A DNA stretch of 19,562 nucleotides from a bacterium (GTDB lineage Bacteria; Hydrothermota; Tepidihabitantia; Tepidihabitantales; Tepidihabitantaceae). Location of the stretch: NCBI GenBank assembly GCA_046485285.1, contig JAWOHE010000096.1, positions 1 to 19,562 of the forward strand, written 5' to 3'. Position numbers and translations under genes: made by a program. The notes under the pieces were generated by a model, which was not told the origin of the DNA, searched no databases, and was given only the letters and a program-made list of their open reading frames with translations. Positions 1 to 8,841 of the stretch are shown one piece after another (within the stretch, counting starts at the first letter, position 1; every line of letters begins with the position of its first letter).

Positions 1-127
1 GATCCGGGTGTTTCCGAACGAAGCGTCCTGCTTGCGACTGGTTACCGCCCACGCGATGGAGCAGTCGGCCGAGTGGGCCGGTCAGCCCCAGTACCTCGAT
101 ATGAGTCAGTGCGAAGACGAATCGTGA
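1..127 (+). mobile_element. IS256-family (Mutator-type) transposase, C-terminal fragment cut by window start
   Basis: Frame from nt 2 translates IRVFPNEASCLRLVTAHAMEQSAEWAGQPQYLDMSQCEDES* (TGA 125-127), matching the IS256 C-terminal pattern (I/V)FPNxxSxxRL...ExxxEW. Too short for the ORF track. Confidence 0.85.
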
Positions 128-149
128 AGACAGACAGCGGCACGGCTCA

Positions 150-175
150 TTTTGCAGACAATTCGGCACTTGACC
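150..175 (+). repeat. Probable right terminal inverted repeat of the IS256-family element
   Basis: TTTTGCAGACAATTCGGCACTTGACC starts 22 nt after the transposase stop and ends in CC (GG on the other strand), like IS256-family ends. The partner IR is outside the window. Confidence 0.65.
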
Positions 176-285
176 GGAGGGGGTAAATTCAGAGGTGAAT
201 GAAGTGCTGATTTTTCAACCAATTATGGCGATTCTTTGATTGGCCGGGCCGTTAGTTTCTACTAACATAGGTTATAGATAGTAAT

Positions 286-597
286 GTGAAGGTGGCGGGC
301 TCTAGCCCTGGAGAGACGGTTGCGCCGGGTGCGGCGTTACGCAGGTTGCGGCTTCGGGGCGGGCTGAGCCTCGTCGAGCTGGCGCACCTGATGGGCCGGA
401 AGCCGGGCTTCTACTCGCACCTCAGCCGGCTTGAGCGCGGCCGGTTGCGGCATTCTTCGCTCGGGCTGATTGCCGATTACCTTCGGGCTTGCCCGCGCGT
501 TGCGCGCAGGCGGGCCTGCGGGATGTCGTTCGGAGAGCTGGCGTCGGTGCTGGACCGGTACGCCGGCGGTCGGTGCGGGAGAGCCGGGTCCTTGTGA
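286..597 (+). CDS. XRE/Cro-C1-type helix-turn-helix protein, possibly degenerate or truncated
   Basis: GAALRRLRLRGGLSLVELAHLMG...HLSRLERG...SLGLIADYLRAC fits the HTH_XRE pattern. GTG start, no clear SD. Contains a 27-nt insertion and a possible frameshift near 560-570. Confidence 0.65.
   Translation: MKVAGSSPGETVAPGAALRRLRLRGGLSLVELAHLMGRKPGFYSHLSRLERGRLRHSSLGLIADYLRACPRVARRRACGMSFGELASVLDRYAGGRCGRAGSL
488..514. repeat. 27-nt palindromic (hairpin) element inserted in frame in the HTH gene
   Basis: CTTGCCCGCGCG-TTG-CGCGCAGGCGGG forms a 12-position stem (1 mismatch, 2 G-U). Removing it restores ...YLRACGMSF... Confidence 0.6.
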
Positions 598-887
598 CTG
601 CGACAGCCGGGCGCGGCGAGCGCGGGCAATCGGCTGAGTTGCTGAGCCGCGGGCCGGTTTCTTTCCCGGCTGACTGACGATTCGGCGTTAGTCTTCCGGT
701 CCGGCGGCATCTAACAGATGACGGTTGGGCGACGAAGCGAGGAGAGGTCGGAACACGAAAATGCGGAGTTGAGGAGGGGGGATCCCGGTCAGGATGAGGA
801 CGAGGCGGGCGGCTTACCGGCCGCGATGGACTGGGGTGGAAAGGGATCTCTTCACTGTGGTCGACTGGCAACGGCGTATACCCGGAA

Positions 888-919
888 ACCCCGGGAGGCG
901 CCGGTGCGCCTCCCGGGGT
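888..919 (-). terminator. Hairpin terminator of the CoA-transferase/ACAD operon
   Basis: Perfect 14-bp stem ACCCCGGGAGGCGC-CGGT-GCGCCTCCCGGGGT, 23 nt beyond the ACAD stop at 943. The U tail on the minus strand is short. Confidence 0.75.
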
Positions 920-942
920 GATGTGATGCGGTCGGCCGGGCG

Positions 943-2085
<1,143 letters not shown>

Positions 2086-2093
2086 CGGTCCTC

Positions 2094-3230
2094 CTATTCT
2101 CCTGAAGCGATGTCCCTGAGAACTTCCTTGGCGATGATCATCCGCATTACCTCGGACGTGCCCTCGCCGATCTCGCCGAGCTTGGCGTCACGCAGGATGC
2201 GGCTGGCGTCGAGGTCCGGGGTCAGCGCCGGCCAGCCGATGACATCGATGGCCGTGCCCGCGGCGCGGACCGCGACCTCGGAGGCGTAGAGCTTGGCAAA
2301 GGCGCATTCCTTGTCGGCCCGGATGTCGGCGTCTTTGTACTGGGCGGCGTTGTAGACGAGCAGGCGGGCCGCCTCGACCTCCATCGCCACGTCGGCAAGC
2401 CGGGCCGAGGCCAGCTGCGAGAGCTTCCGGCCGCAGCCGGCGGCCCAGCGGGCGAGGACATCGAGTGCGCCCTGGGCCATCCCGAGGCAGAAGGCGCCGA
2501 TCGAGATGCGGCCGCCGTCGAGGGTCTCCATGAAGATGCGGTAGCCCTCGTACTCCCGGCCGAGGACGCTGTCGAGCGGGACGAGCATGTCCTCGAAGGC
2601 GAGCTCGACGGTGTTCGAGCCGCGCAGGCCGAGCTTGTTCTCCTCGGAGGCAACGCTGAACCCGGGCGTCTTCGTCTCGACGATGAAGCAGGTGACGCCC
2701 TTCCTGCCGAGCGAGCGGTCGAGGCTGGCCGCGACGATGACCGTACCGGCGTGCGAGGCCGAGGTGATGAAGCGTTTCGAGCCGTTGATGACATAGCCCT
2801 TGTCGGTCTTCCTCGCCGTGGTCTCGACCGCGGCGGCGTCCGACCCGGCGTTGGGCTCGGTCAGCCCAAAGGAGCCGAGGTATTCGCCCCGGGCGAGACG
2901 CGGGATGTACTTTCCCTTCTGTTCCTTCGTGCCGAACTTGTAGATCGGGTAGGTGCCGAGCGAGGTATGGGCGGCGATGGTGATGCCGGTCGAGGCACAG
3001 GCGCGGGAGATTTCCTCGACCGCGACCGCGTAGGACAGGTAGTCCAGCCCCATCCCGCCCAGTTCCTTCGGCCAGGGGATGCCGAGATAGCCGCGCTCGG
3101 CCATCGCCCGGACGTTGTCGCCGACGAACCCGCCTTGCAGGTCGCACTCGCGCGCGCCGACAGCGACGATGTCGCGGGCGAAGGCCCTGAGCTCGGCCCG
3201 GAAGTCAAGGTGTTGCTTCGAGAGTATCAC
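2094..3230 (-). CDS. Acyl-CoA dehydrogenase family protein with degenerate cross-subunit FAD motifs, 378 aa
   Basis: FGLTEPNAGSDA, NGSKRFITS and IGEGTSEV present; R-x-QFG and GGYGY absent. GTG start 8 nt after the upstream stop. Confidence 0.92.
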   Translation of the reverse strand: MILSKQHLDFRAELRAFARDIVAVGARECDLQGGFVGDNVRAMAERGYLGIPWPKELGGMGLDYLSYAVAVEEISRACASTGITIAAHTSLGTYPIYKFGTKEQKGKYIPRLARGEYLGSFGLTEPNAGSDAAAVETTARKTDKGYVINGSKRFITSASHAGTVIVAASLDRSLGRKGVTCFIVETKTPGFSVASEENKLGLRGSNTVELAFEDMLVPLDSVLGREYEGYRIFMETLDGGRISIGAFCLGMAQGALDVLARWAAGCGRKLSQLASARLADVAMEVEAARLLVYNAAQYKDADIRADKECAFAKLYASEVAVRAAGTAIDVIGWPALTPDLDASRILRDAKLGEIGEGTSEVMRMIIAKEVLRDIASGE

Positions 3231-3238
3231 GCTTGCCC

Positions 3239-4003
3239 CTAGATGTAGTAGTGGTCCGGGTCGATTTCGTCCCGGAGGAGTCCGAGTTCCTTGTCGGTCG
3301 GTTCGGGGTTGACCCCGACCTTGTCCGCCACCAGCAGTTCGAAGCCGGTCGCCGCGACGACCTGCTCCGCGGTCACACCGGGATGGACCGCGATGAGCCG
3401 CATCCGCTTCGATTCCGGTTCGAAGTCGAGGAGCGCGAGGTTGGTGACGACCCGGTACGGCCCGGTGTCCGGCGGGAGGCCGGCCTGCTCGCGCGCGCCC
3501 GGGCCGGCGAGGTAGCCGGGGGTGGTTATGAAGTCGACCTTGGGCATGAAGCGTTTCGCGTCGTGCTGGCGCATTATGATGATAGTCTTCCAGCAGAACG
3601 AGCCGACATCGTTGGCGCCGCCGGAGCCGGGCAGGCGGACCTTGGGCGGCCAGTACCTGCCGATGACGGTGGTGTTGAGGTTACCGTAGGCGTCGATCTG
3701 CGCGCCGCCGAGAAAGCCGTACTCGATGAAGCCGCGCTGGGCGGTCTCCATCACGTCGCATATCCCGGAGGCCGCGACGGCCCGGTGGAAGGTGCGCGAG
3801 TCGCCGACGCCGAGCGGGAGCTTCTCGAGGCTTGCGCCGGTGCCGCCGAATTCGAAGATCGAGACCAGGTCCGGCGCGTGGGTGCGCTTGGCGAGCGCGG
3901 CGGCGAGCATCGGGATGCCGGTGCCGACGAAGGCGGTCGTCCGGTCGCACATCAGCTTCGAGGCAAGGCAGATGAGGAATTCGGTTTCGTTGTAGCCTGC
4001 CAT
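3239..4003 (-). CDS. Family I CoA-transferase beta subunit (glutaconate/3-oxoadipate CoA-transferase B-like), 254 aa
   Basis: Likely start MAGYNETEFL at ATG 4003-4001, overlapping the alpha-subunit stop (TGATG). Motifs FVGTGIP, IFEFGG (catalytic Glu position), GFLGGAQIDAYGNLN, RLPGSGGAND. Confidence 0.93.
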   Translation of the reverse strand: MAGYNETEFLICLASKLMCDRTTAFVGTGIPMLAAALAKRTHAPDLVSIFEFGGTGASLEKLPLGVGDSRTFHRAVAASGICDVMETAQRGFIEYGFLGGAQIDAYGNLNTTVIGRYWPPKVRLPGSGGANDVGSFCWKTIIIMRQHDAKRFMPKVDFITTPGYLAGPGAREQAGLPPDTGPYRVVTNLALLDFEPESKRMRLIAVHPGVTAEQVVAATGFELLVADKVGVNPEPTDKELGLLRDEIDPDHYYI

Positions 4004-4974
4004 CAGCGTCCCCCGATCTCGGATTCGAGCCGGCGCAGGCGGTCGGCGCCGACGAGTTTGACGTAGGCGGCGTGGTCCTTGCAGCCGTAGACCCACTTGT
4101 CGAGGTAGGCCTTTGTCTTGTCCGGGTCCTTCGAGTCGGCGAGGAACTGCTGGAGGTGTTCGCCATCGCGCCAGTAGCGGTAGCACATCTCGCCGGGGTG
4201 CGAGCCGTACTTTGCCTCGACGACCGCGTCGACGAGGTAGTAGGGGATTACGGTATTCTCGGGGTACTGCCTGATTTCATCGGTCGTGACGATCTCCTCG
4301 GCCGAGATGATGAGCTTCTTCGAGGCGCGGGCCATCTCGTGGGCGAAGCCGGAGATGCCCTCGACCCGGCAGTTGCCGTACTTGTCTGCCTTGTGGACGT
4401 GAATCAGCCCGACGTCGAGGAACAGCGCCGGGACGAGGCAGACCGGCTTGCCGGTGAACGGGTCGGTGACGACCTTCGCCGCCGAGTACTTCAGCGTGTC
4501 GGTGCCGAGCATCGAGCGGACCGGGATGAACGGTACGCCCATCGCCGCGGCCTTGAACCGCCAGGTGATGCCGGCGTTGGACCATTCGGCGGTCTTCACC
4601 CGGCCGGACTCGACTGCGCGACGCAGGCACGAGGATATGCCGTAGACCTCCCAGGCGATGTAGGTGATGTCGAGGGTGTCGACGAGGTCGGCGGCGAGCA
4701 GGAGGTCGATTTCGTGGATGCCCTGGCCGGCGACGCGGAGGTGTTTCCTGTCCTGGCGGACGACTTCCCGGACCAGCGACATCGGGGCGCGGACGGTTCC
4801 GTAGAGCTCGGTGCCGAGGTAGTCACCGTCCCGGACGAACCGGCTGACCGCCTCCTGTTCCGACACGACCTTGTCGACCATGCCCGTGTTCTTCCCAGTG
4901 CGGACCCACTCGCGGAAACCGTCCGGGTCTGGCGGCTGGAAGAGCTCGCCGATTCCGGACTCGATAACTTCCAT
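4003..4974 (-). CDS. Family I CoA-transferase alpha subunit (GctA-like), 323 aa
   Basis: EAVSRFVRDGD, RFKAAAMGVPFIP, DVGLIHVHKADKYGN, IISAEEIV, VDAVV...GSHP. GAGGAGG SD. Confidence 0.93.
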   Translation of the reverse strand: MEVIESGIGELFQPPDPDGFREWVRTGKNTGMVDKVVSEQEAVSRFVRDGDYLGTELYGTVRAPMSLVREVVRQDRKHLRVAGQGIHEIDLLLAADLVDTLDITYIAWEVYGISSCLRRAVESGRVKTAEWSNAGITWRFKAAAMGVPFIPVRSMLGTDTLKYSAAKVVTDPFTGKPVCLVPALFLDVGLIHVHKADKYGNCRVEGISGFAHEMARASKKLIISAEEIVTTDEIRQYPENTVIPYYLVDAVVEAKYGSHPGEMCYRYWRDGEHLQQFLADSKDPDKTKAYLDKWVYGCKDHAAYVKLVGADRLRRLESEIGGR

Positions 4975-5074
4975 CAGCTTCCTCCTCGAGATGGTTGCGC
5001 GGTCAAAGGGTTCGAGGGTACGAGGGCGCAGGGCCGAGGCCCGCGCGGCTCTGCGGTTCTGCGCTTCCGGGTGA

Positions 5075-5102
5075 ATGTTAGGTCGGGTGGCGGCGATGTC
5101 AA
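5075..5102 (-). promoter_or_regulatory. sigma70-like promoter of the CoA-transferase operon
   Basis: Minus strand TTGACA-N16-TAACAT. Confidence 0.7.
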
Positions 5103-5130
5103 CCGCGCCGGCGGCTCGGTGCGATTCGCT

Positions 5131-5158
5131 TTGACCCCCGGCCCGGGGCGTGTATATT
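5131..5158 (+). promoter_or_regulatory. sigma70-like promoter of the tdh operon
   Basis: TTGACC-N16-TATATT, back-to-back with the divergent promoter. SD AAAGGAG precedes ATG 5203. Confidence 0.7.
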
Positions 5159-5202
5159 AGTCGTCAATACCACACCGGGCAGACTCGAAAGGAGCAGTCA
5201 GG

Positions 5203-6183
5203 ATGACCGCGAAGCGCGAAATCAGGAAGATCCTCGTTACCGGCGCCGTCGGCCAGATCGGCTCGGAGCTGACTCTGGCCCTGCGCCGCAAGTTCGGCGC
5301 CGACAACGTCGTCGCGACCGGGCGGAAGACCGCGCCGAGCGAGGAGCTGAAGAACTCCGGCCCGTTCTACTTCATCGACGTCGGCAAGCGTGAGACGCTC
5401 GAGGAGGTCGTCAGGAAGCACGATATCGACACGATCGTCCACATGGCCGCGATCCTGTCCGCGGTCGGCGAGAAGAACCCGATGCTCGCCTGGGACGTCA
5501 ACGTAAACGGGCTCATCACCGTCCTCGAGTGTGCCCGCGAGCACGAGATGGCCCAGGTACTCGTGCCGAGCTCGATCGCGGTGTTCGGGCCCGAGACGCC
5601 GCGCGACAACACGCCCAATGACACCATCCTCAAGCCCCGGACGATGTACGGCGTCTCGAAGGTCGCGGGCGAACTCCTCGGTGACTACTACTTCCACCGC
5701 TACGGCCTCGACGTCCGCGGCCTGCGCTACCCGGGCATCATCAGCCACGAAACCCCGCCCGGCGGTGGCACCACCGACTTCGCGGTGGCGATTTACTACG
5801 AAGCAGTCAGGCAGAACCGTTACAGCTGTTTCGTTCGCGCCGACACGCGGCTGCCGATGATGTACATGCCGGACTGTATCAAGGCGACGATCGACCTGAT
5901 GCTAGCCGACGCCGGCAGGCTCAAGCACCATTGCGACTTCAACGTCGGCTCGATGAGCTTCGCGGCCGGCGAGCTCGCGGCGAGCATCGCCCGGTACATG
6001 CCCGGTTTCGAGTGCACTTACGAGCCTGACTTCCGTCAGAAGATCGCCGACTCGTGGCCGATGTCGGTCGATGATTCGGCGGCGCGGGCGGAGTGGGGCT
6101 GGCGGCCCGAGTACGACCTCGACCGGATGACCCGCGACATGCTTGAGAATCTCAAGCGGAAGCACGCGGCCGGTAGAATCTGA
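5203..6183 (+). CDS. tdh: L-threonine 3-dehydrogenase, SDR/NAD-dependent epimerase type, 326 aa
   Basis: ILVTGAVGQIGSEL, HMAAILSAVGE, PSSIAVFG, YGVSK (YxxxK), PGGGTTDFAV and LPMMYMPD are hallmarks of SDR-type ThrDH. Confidence 0.88.
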   Translation: MTAKREIRKILVTGAVGQIGSELTLALRRKFGADNVVATGRKTAPSEELKNSGPFYFIDVGKRETLEEVVRKHDIDTIVHMAAILSAVGEKNPMLAWDVNVNGLITVLECAREHEMAQVLVPSSIAVFGPETPRDNTPNDTILKPRTMYGVSKVAGELLGDYYFHRYGLDVRGLRYPGIISHETPPGGGTTDFAVAIYYEAVRQNRYSCFVRADTRLPMMYMPDCIKATIDLMLADAGRLKHHCDFNVGSMSFAAGELAASIARYMPGFECTYEPDFRQKIADSWPMSVDDSAARAEWGWRPEYDLDRMTRDMLENLKRKHAAGRI

Positions 6184-6195
6184 GCGGCAGGCGAG

Positions 6196-6675
6196 ATGCT
6201 GTACTTCGGACGCAAGGACTTGGCCAACTTCCTCTATCCGGACCGGATCTTCTTCGGCGAGGGGCGCGGCGAGTTCGGGATCTGCTTGCACCTGCCGCTC
6301 AAGAACCACATGGCCGGCTCGGCGCCGATGGAGGACTATCTAGTGATGCTCGGGGTGGCCAACAACCTCGTCGAGTTCGTTACCCAACTTCGGCAAGTCA
6401 AGGGACCGGAGCTCTGGGACTACGACGTCGAGAAGGCGTCCGAGCACTTCGAGGTCTGTGGCGACAATCCCAACTCCAGCGGTATCATCCTCTACGACAA
6501 GAACTACAGTGCGGGGCCGAAAATCCAGATCTTCCTCGACAAGACCTTCGGCTCGAACGAGGTCTCGATCCGCTGGAAGAATCAGATGATCGGCGACGAC
6601 AAGCTGCTTGGCGACTACGAGCGCTATCTCAAGGAGGCGCTGCGGGGTGATAGCTTGAGCGGCGATCGGGACTAG
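6196..6675 (+). CDS. Hypothetical soluble protein, 159 aa
   Basis: Strong GC3 codon bias, normal amino-acid composition, 12-13 nt gaps to both neighbours. No family recognised. Confidence 0.8.
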   Translation: MLYFGRKDLANFLYPDRIFFGEGRGEFGICLHLPLKNHMAGSAPMEDYLVMLGVANNLVEFVTQLRQVKGPELWDYDVEKASEHFEVCGDNPNSSGIILYDKNYSAGPKIQIFLDKTFGSNEVSIRWKNQMIGDDKLLGDYERYLKEALRGDSLSGDRD

Positions 6676-6688
6676 AACGGACCGTTGG

Positions 6689-7348
6689 ATGATAGTCCTG
6701 CGCGATGTCATCCGGGATCCGGAGGTCGTCACGCTGATCCGCGAGTCGGACCGCCAACTCGAGACACTTGGCTACACCGAGCACGGTGAGCGGCACTGCC
6801 GACTCGTCGCCAAGAATGCCCGGCAGGTGCTTCTGGAGCTGGACCAGGGCGAGCGGCCGGCGGAACTGGCTGCGATCGCCGGGTACCTTCATGACATTGG
6901 CAACGCGGTCAATCGCGGTCAGCACGAGCGGACAAGCGCGCTCCTCGCGCGCGATGTCCTGCTGAGGCTGAGGATGAGTTATGCCGAGGTCGCCCGGGTG
7001 ATGGGGGCGGTCGGCAACCACCACGAGGAGGGCGGCAACCCGGTGTCCGAGGTCTCGGCGGCACTGATTATCGCCGACAAGGCCGACGTCCACCGCTCGC
7101 GCGTCCGCAATCCCGCGCTCGTCAGGTTCGACATCCACGACCGGGTCAACTACGCAGTGCGCAGTTCGTCGTTGCACGTCGACCGCGAGGAGCGGACGAT
7201 CGCCTTCCGCCTCCGCGTCGACACCAGCATCGCGCCGGTGATGGAGTACTTCGAGATCTTCATGTCGAGGATGATGATCTCGCGCCGGGCCGCGGACTTC
7301 CTGAACTGCCGCTACGAACTCGACATCAACGGCAGCCGGATGGTCTGA
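6689..7348 (+). CDS. HD-domain metal-dependent phosphohydrolase, 219 aa
   Basis: GYTEHGERH...YLHDIGN...GNHHE...IIADKAD gives the H...HD...H...D metal-ligand pattern. Confidence 0.9.
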   Translation: MIVLRDVIRDPEVVTLIRESDRQLETLGYTEHGERHCRLVAKNARQVLLELDQGERPAELAAIAGYLHDIGNAVNRGQHERTSALLARDVLLRLRMSYAEVARVMGAVGNHHEEGGNPVSEVSAALIIADKADVHRSRVRNPALVRFDIHDRVNYAVRSSSLHVDREERTIAFRLRVDTSIAPVMEYFEIFMSRMMISRRAADFLNCRYELDINGSRMV

Positions 7349-7370
7349 GTCCGGTCGCGGCCGCGTTTCA

Positions 7371-7398
7371 TTGACAGTCCCGGGCGCGCGGGTAAGAT
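7371..7398 (+). promoter_or_regulatory. sigma70-like promoter of mlaEFD, probably giving a leaderless mRNA
   Basis: TTGACA-N16-TAAGAT. The -10 overlaps ATG 7397 and lies 7 nt before in-frame GTG 7406. Confidence 0.7.
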
Positions 7399-7405
7399 GG
7401 CGGCA

Positions 7406-8143
7406 GTGAAGTTGCTCTCCGTGCCGCTGCGCTTCCTGGGGTTCCTGGCGCGGAGCGTCGTCATCCCCTGGGACCTGCGCCGGACCTTGCCGCGCCTCAG
7501 CGAGCAGTTATTCCGGCAGGGGGTTTCGGCGCTGCCGATCGTGCTGGTCTCCGGGGTGTTTGTCGGCCTGACGACAGCGGTCCAGACCTCCTACCAGCTG
7601 ATGGGCGTCGTGCCGAAGTACTTTGTCGGGATGGGCGTCGGCCGGCTGGTGCTCATCGAGTTGGCGCCGGTCTTCACTGCTTTCGTCGTCGCCGGCCGTT
7701 CGGCGTCGTCGATTGCGGCCGAGATCGGCTCGATGCAGGTCTCCGAACAGGTGGATGCGCTGACGGTGATGGGCGTGAATCCCTACCGCTACCTATGCCT
7801 GCCGCGGATCGTGGCACTCGCGGCCGCGTTGCCGCTCCTCGTTGTGGTAATGGAGGTGGTTGCGGTACTGGTTGCGCTGGCGATATCGGTCAGCGCGCTC
7901 GACGTCTCTGCCCACACCTTCAGTTATGGCCTGACCCGATTCTTCGAGGCCCGCGACTTCTTCGGCGGGATGGGCAAGGCCGCGCTGTTCGGGCTGGTCA
8001 TCGGGACAAGCGGTTGTTTCGCCGGCCTCGAGGTCCGGGGTGGCGCAGAGGACGTCGGCCGCGCGACGACCCGGGCGGTCGTGACCGCGTCTGCGTTGAT
8101 CCTGGGCTTGAACCTCGTCGCGGCCTTCCTGTTTTTCAGCTGA
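7406..8143 (+). CDS. mlaE: MlaE-family ABC permease (MCE system), 245 aa
   Basis: IELAPVFTAFVVAGRSASSIAAEIGSMQVSEQVDAL...PRI, GGAEDVGRATTRAVV. Start moved from 7397 to GTG 7406 on promoter geometry. Confidence 0.92.
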   Translation: MKLLSVPLRFLGFLARSVVIPWDLRRTLPRLSEQLFRQGVSALPIVLVSGVFVGLTTAVQTSYQLMGVVPKYFVGMGVGRLVLIELAPVFTAFVVAGRSASSIAAEIGSMQVSEQVDALTVMGVNPYRYLCLPRIVALAAALPLLVVVMEVVAVLVALAISVSALDVSAHTFSYGLTRFFEARDFFGGMGKAALFGLVIGTSGCFAGLEVRGGAEDVGRATTRAVVTASALILGLNLVAAFLFFS

Positions 8144-8841
8144 TGATACGGGTCACCGGGGTCTGGAAGCGGTTTGATGACCGACCCGTGCTGAGGGGGG
8201 TGGACCTTGAGGTGCCGGACGGAGAGGCCGTTGTCATCCTTGGCGCGTCGGGCATCGGCAAGTCGGTACTGCTCAGGGTGATAGCCGGGCTTCTACCGGC
8301 CGACTCAGGAACGGTCAGCTATGACGGCTGTCCGCTGAGCTTCGGTCTGCTCGCCGCCGGTCATCCGGCGTTCGGACAAATCGGCTACGTCTTCCAGGGC
8401 GGGGCGCTGTTCGACTCGTTGACGGTCTACGATAATGTCGCGCTGCCGCTCAGGGAGACGCGTCGGCTGACCGCGCCGGAGGTGCGGGCGCGGGTGCGTT
8501 CGGCGCTCGCGCGGACCGGGATGGTCGACTGCGAAAGGCTGATGCCGGCCGAGCTCTCGGGCGGCATGACCCGGCTGGTCGCGATTGCCCGGGCGCTCGC
8601 GGCCGACCCGAAGTACGTCTTCTACGACGAGCCGACGACCGGGCTCGACCCGGTGATGCGCGGTCGGGTTCTCGAACTCATCGTCGGACTCCGCCGCGTC
8701 GAGGGGATGACGAGCGTCATCGTCACTCACGACCTTGCCGCGGCCGAGCAGCTGGCGGACAGGATTCAGATGTTGCGCGAAGGCAGGCTCGTGTCGCTCG
8801 AGGGCGCGAGAAGGGAGCATTATGAACCGCAGGGTGCGTGA
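8143..8841 (+). CDS. mlaF: MlaF/Mkl-type ABC ATPase, 232 aa
   Basis: Start ATG 8143 (TGATG overlap with mlaE). Walker A GASGIGKS, VFQGGALFDSLTV, LSGGM, Walker B FYDEPTTGLDP, VTHD. Confidence 0.92.
   Translation: MIRVTGVWKRFDDRPVLRGVDLEVPDGEAVVILGASGIGKSVLLRVIAGLLPADSGTVSYDGCPLSFGLLAAGHPAFGQIGYVFQGGALFDSLTVYDNVALPLRETRRLTAPEVRARVRSALARTGMVDCERLMPAELSGGMTRLVAIARALAADPKYVFYDEPTTGLDPVMRGRVLELIVGLRRVEGMTSVIVTHDLAAAEQLADRIQMLREGRLVSLEGARREHYEPQGA

Noticed and set aside
200-285. dif/Xer-like or integrase core site in the AT-rich patch
   Set aside because: Arm symmetry is weak (about 6/11 at 200-225), there is only a partial TAACATA match, and no tyrosine recombinase is in the window.
5770-5785. 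TTDF instead of the usual TTDY in threonine dehydrogenase as a sign of changed function
   Set aside because: Conservative single substitution; all other ThrDH motifs are intact.
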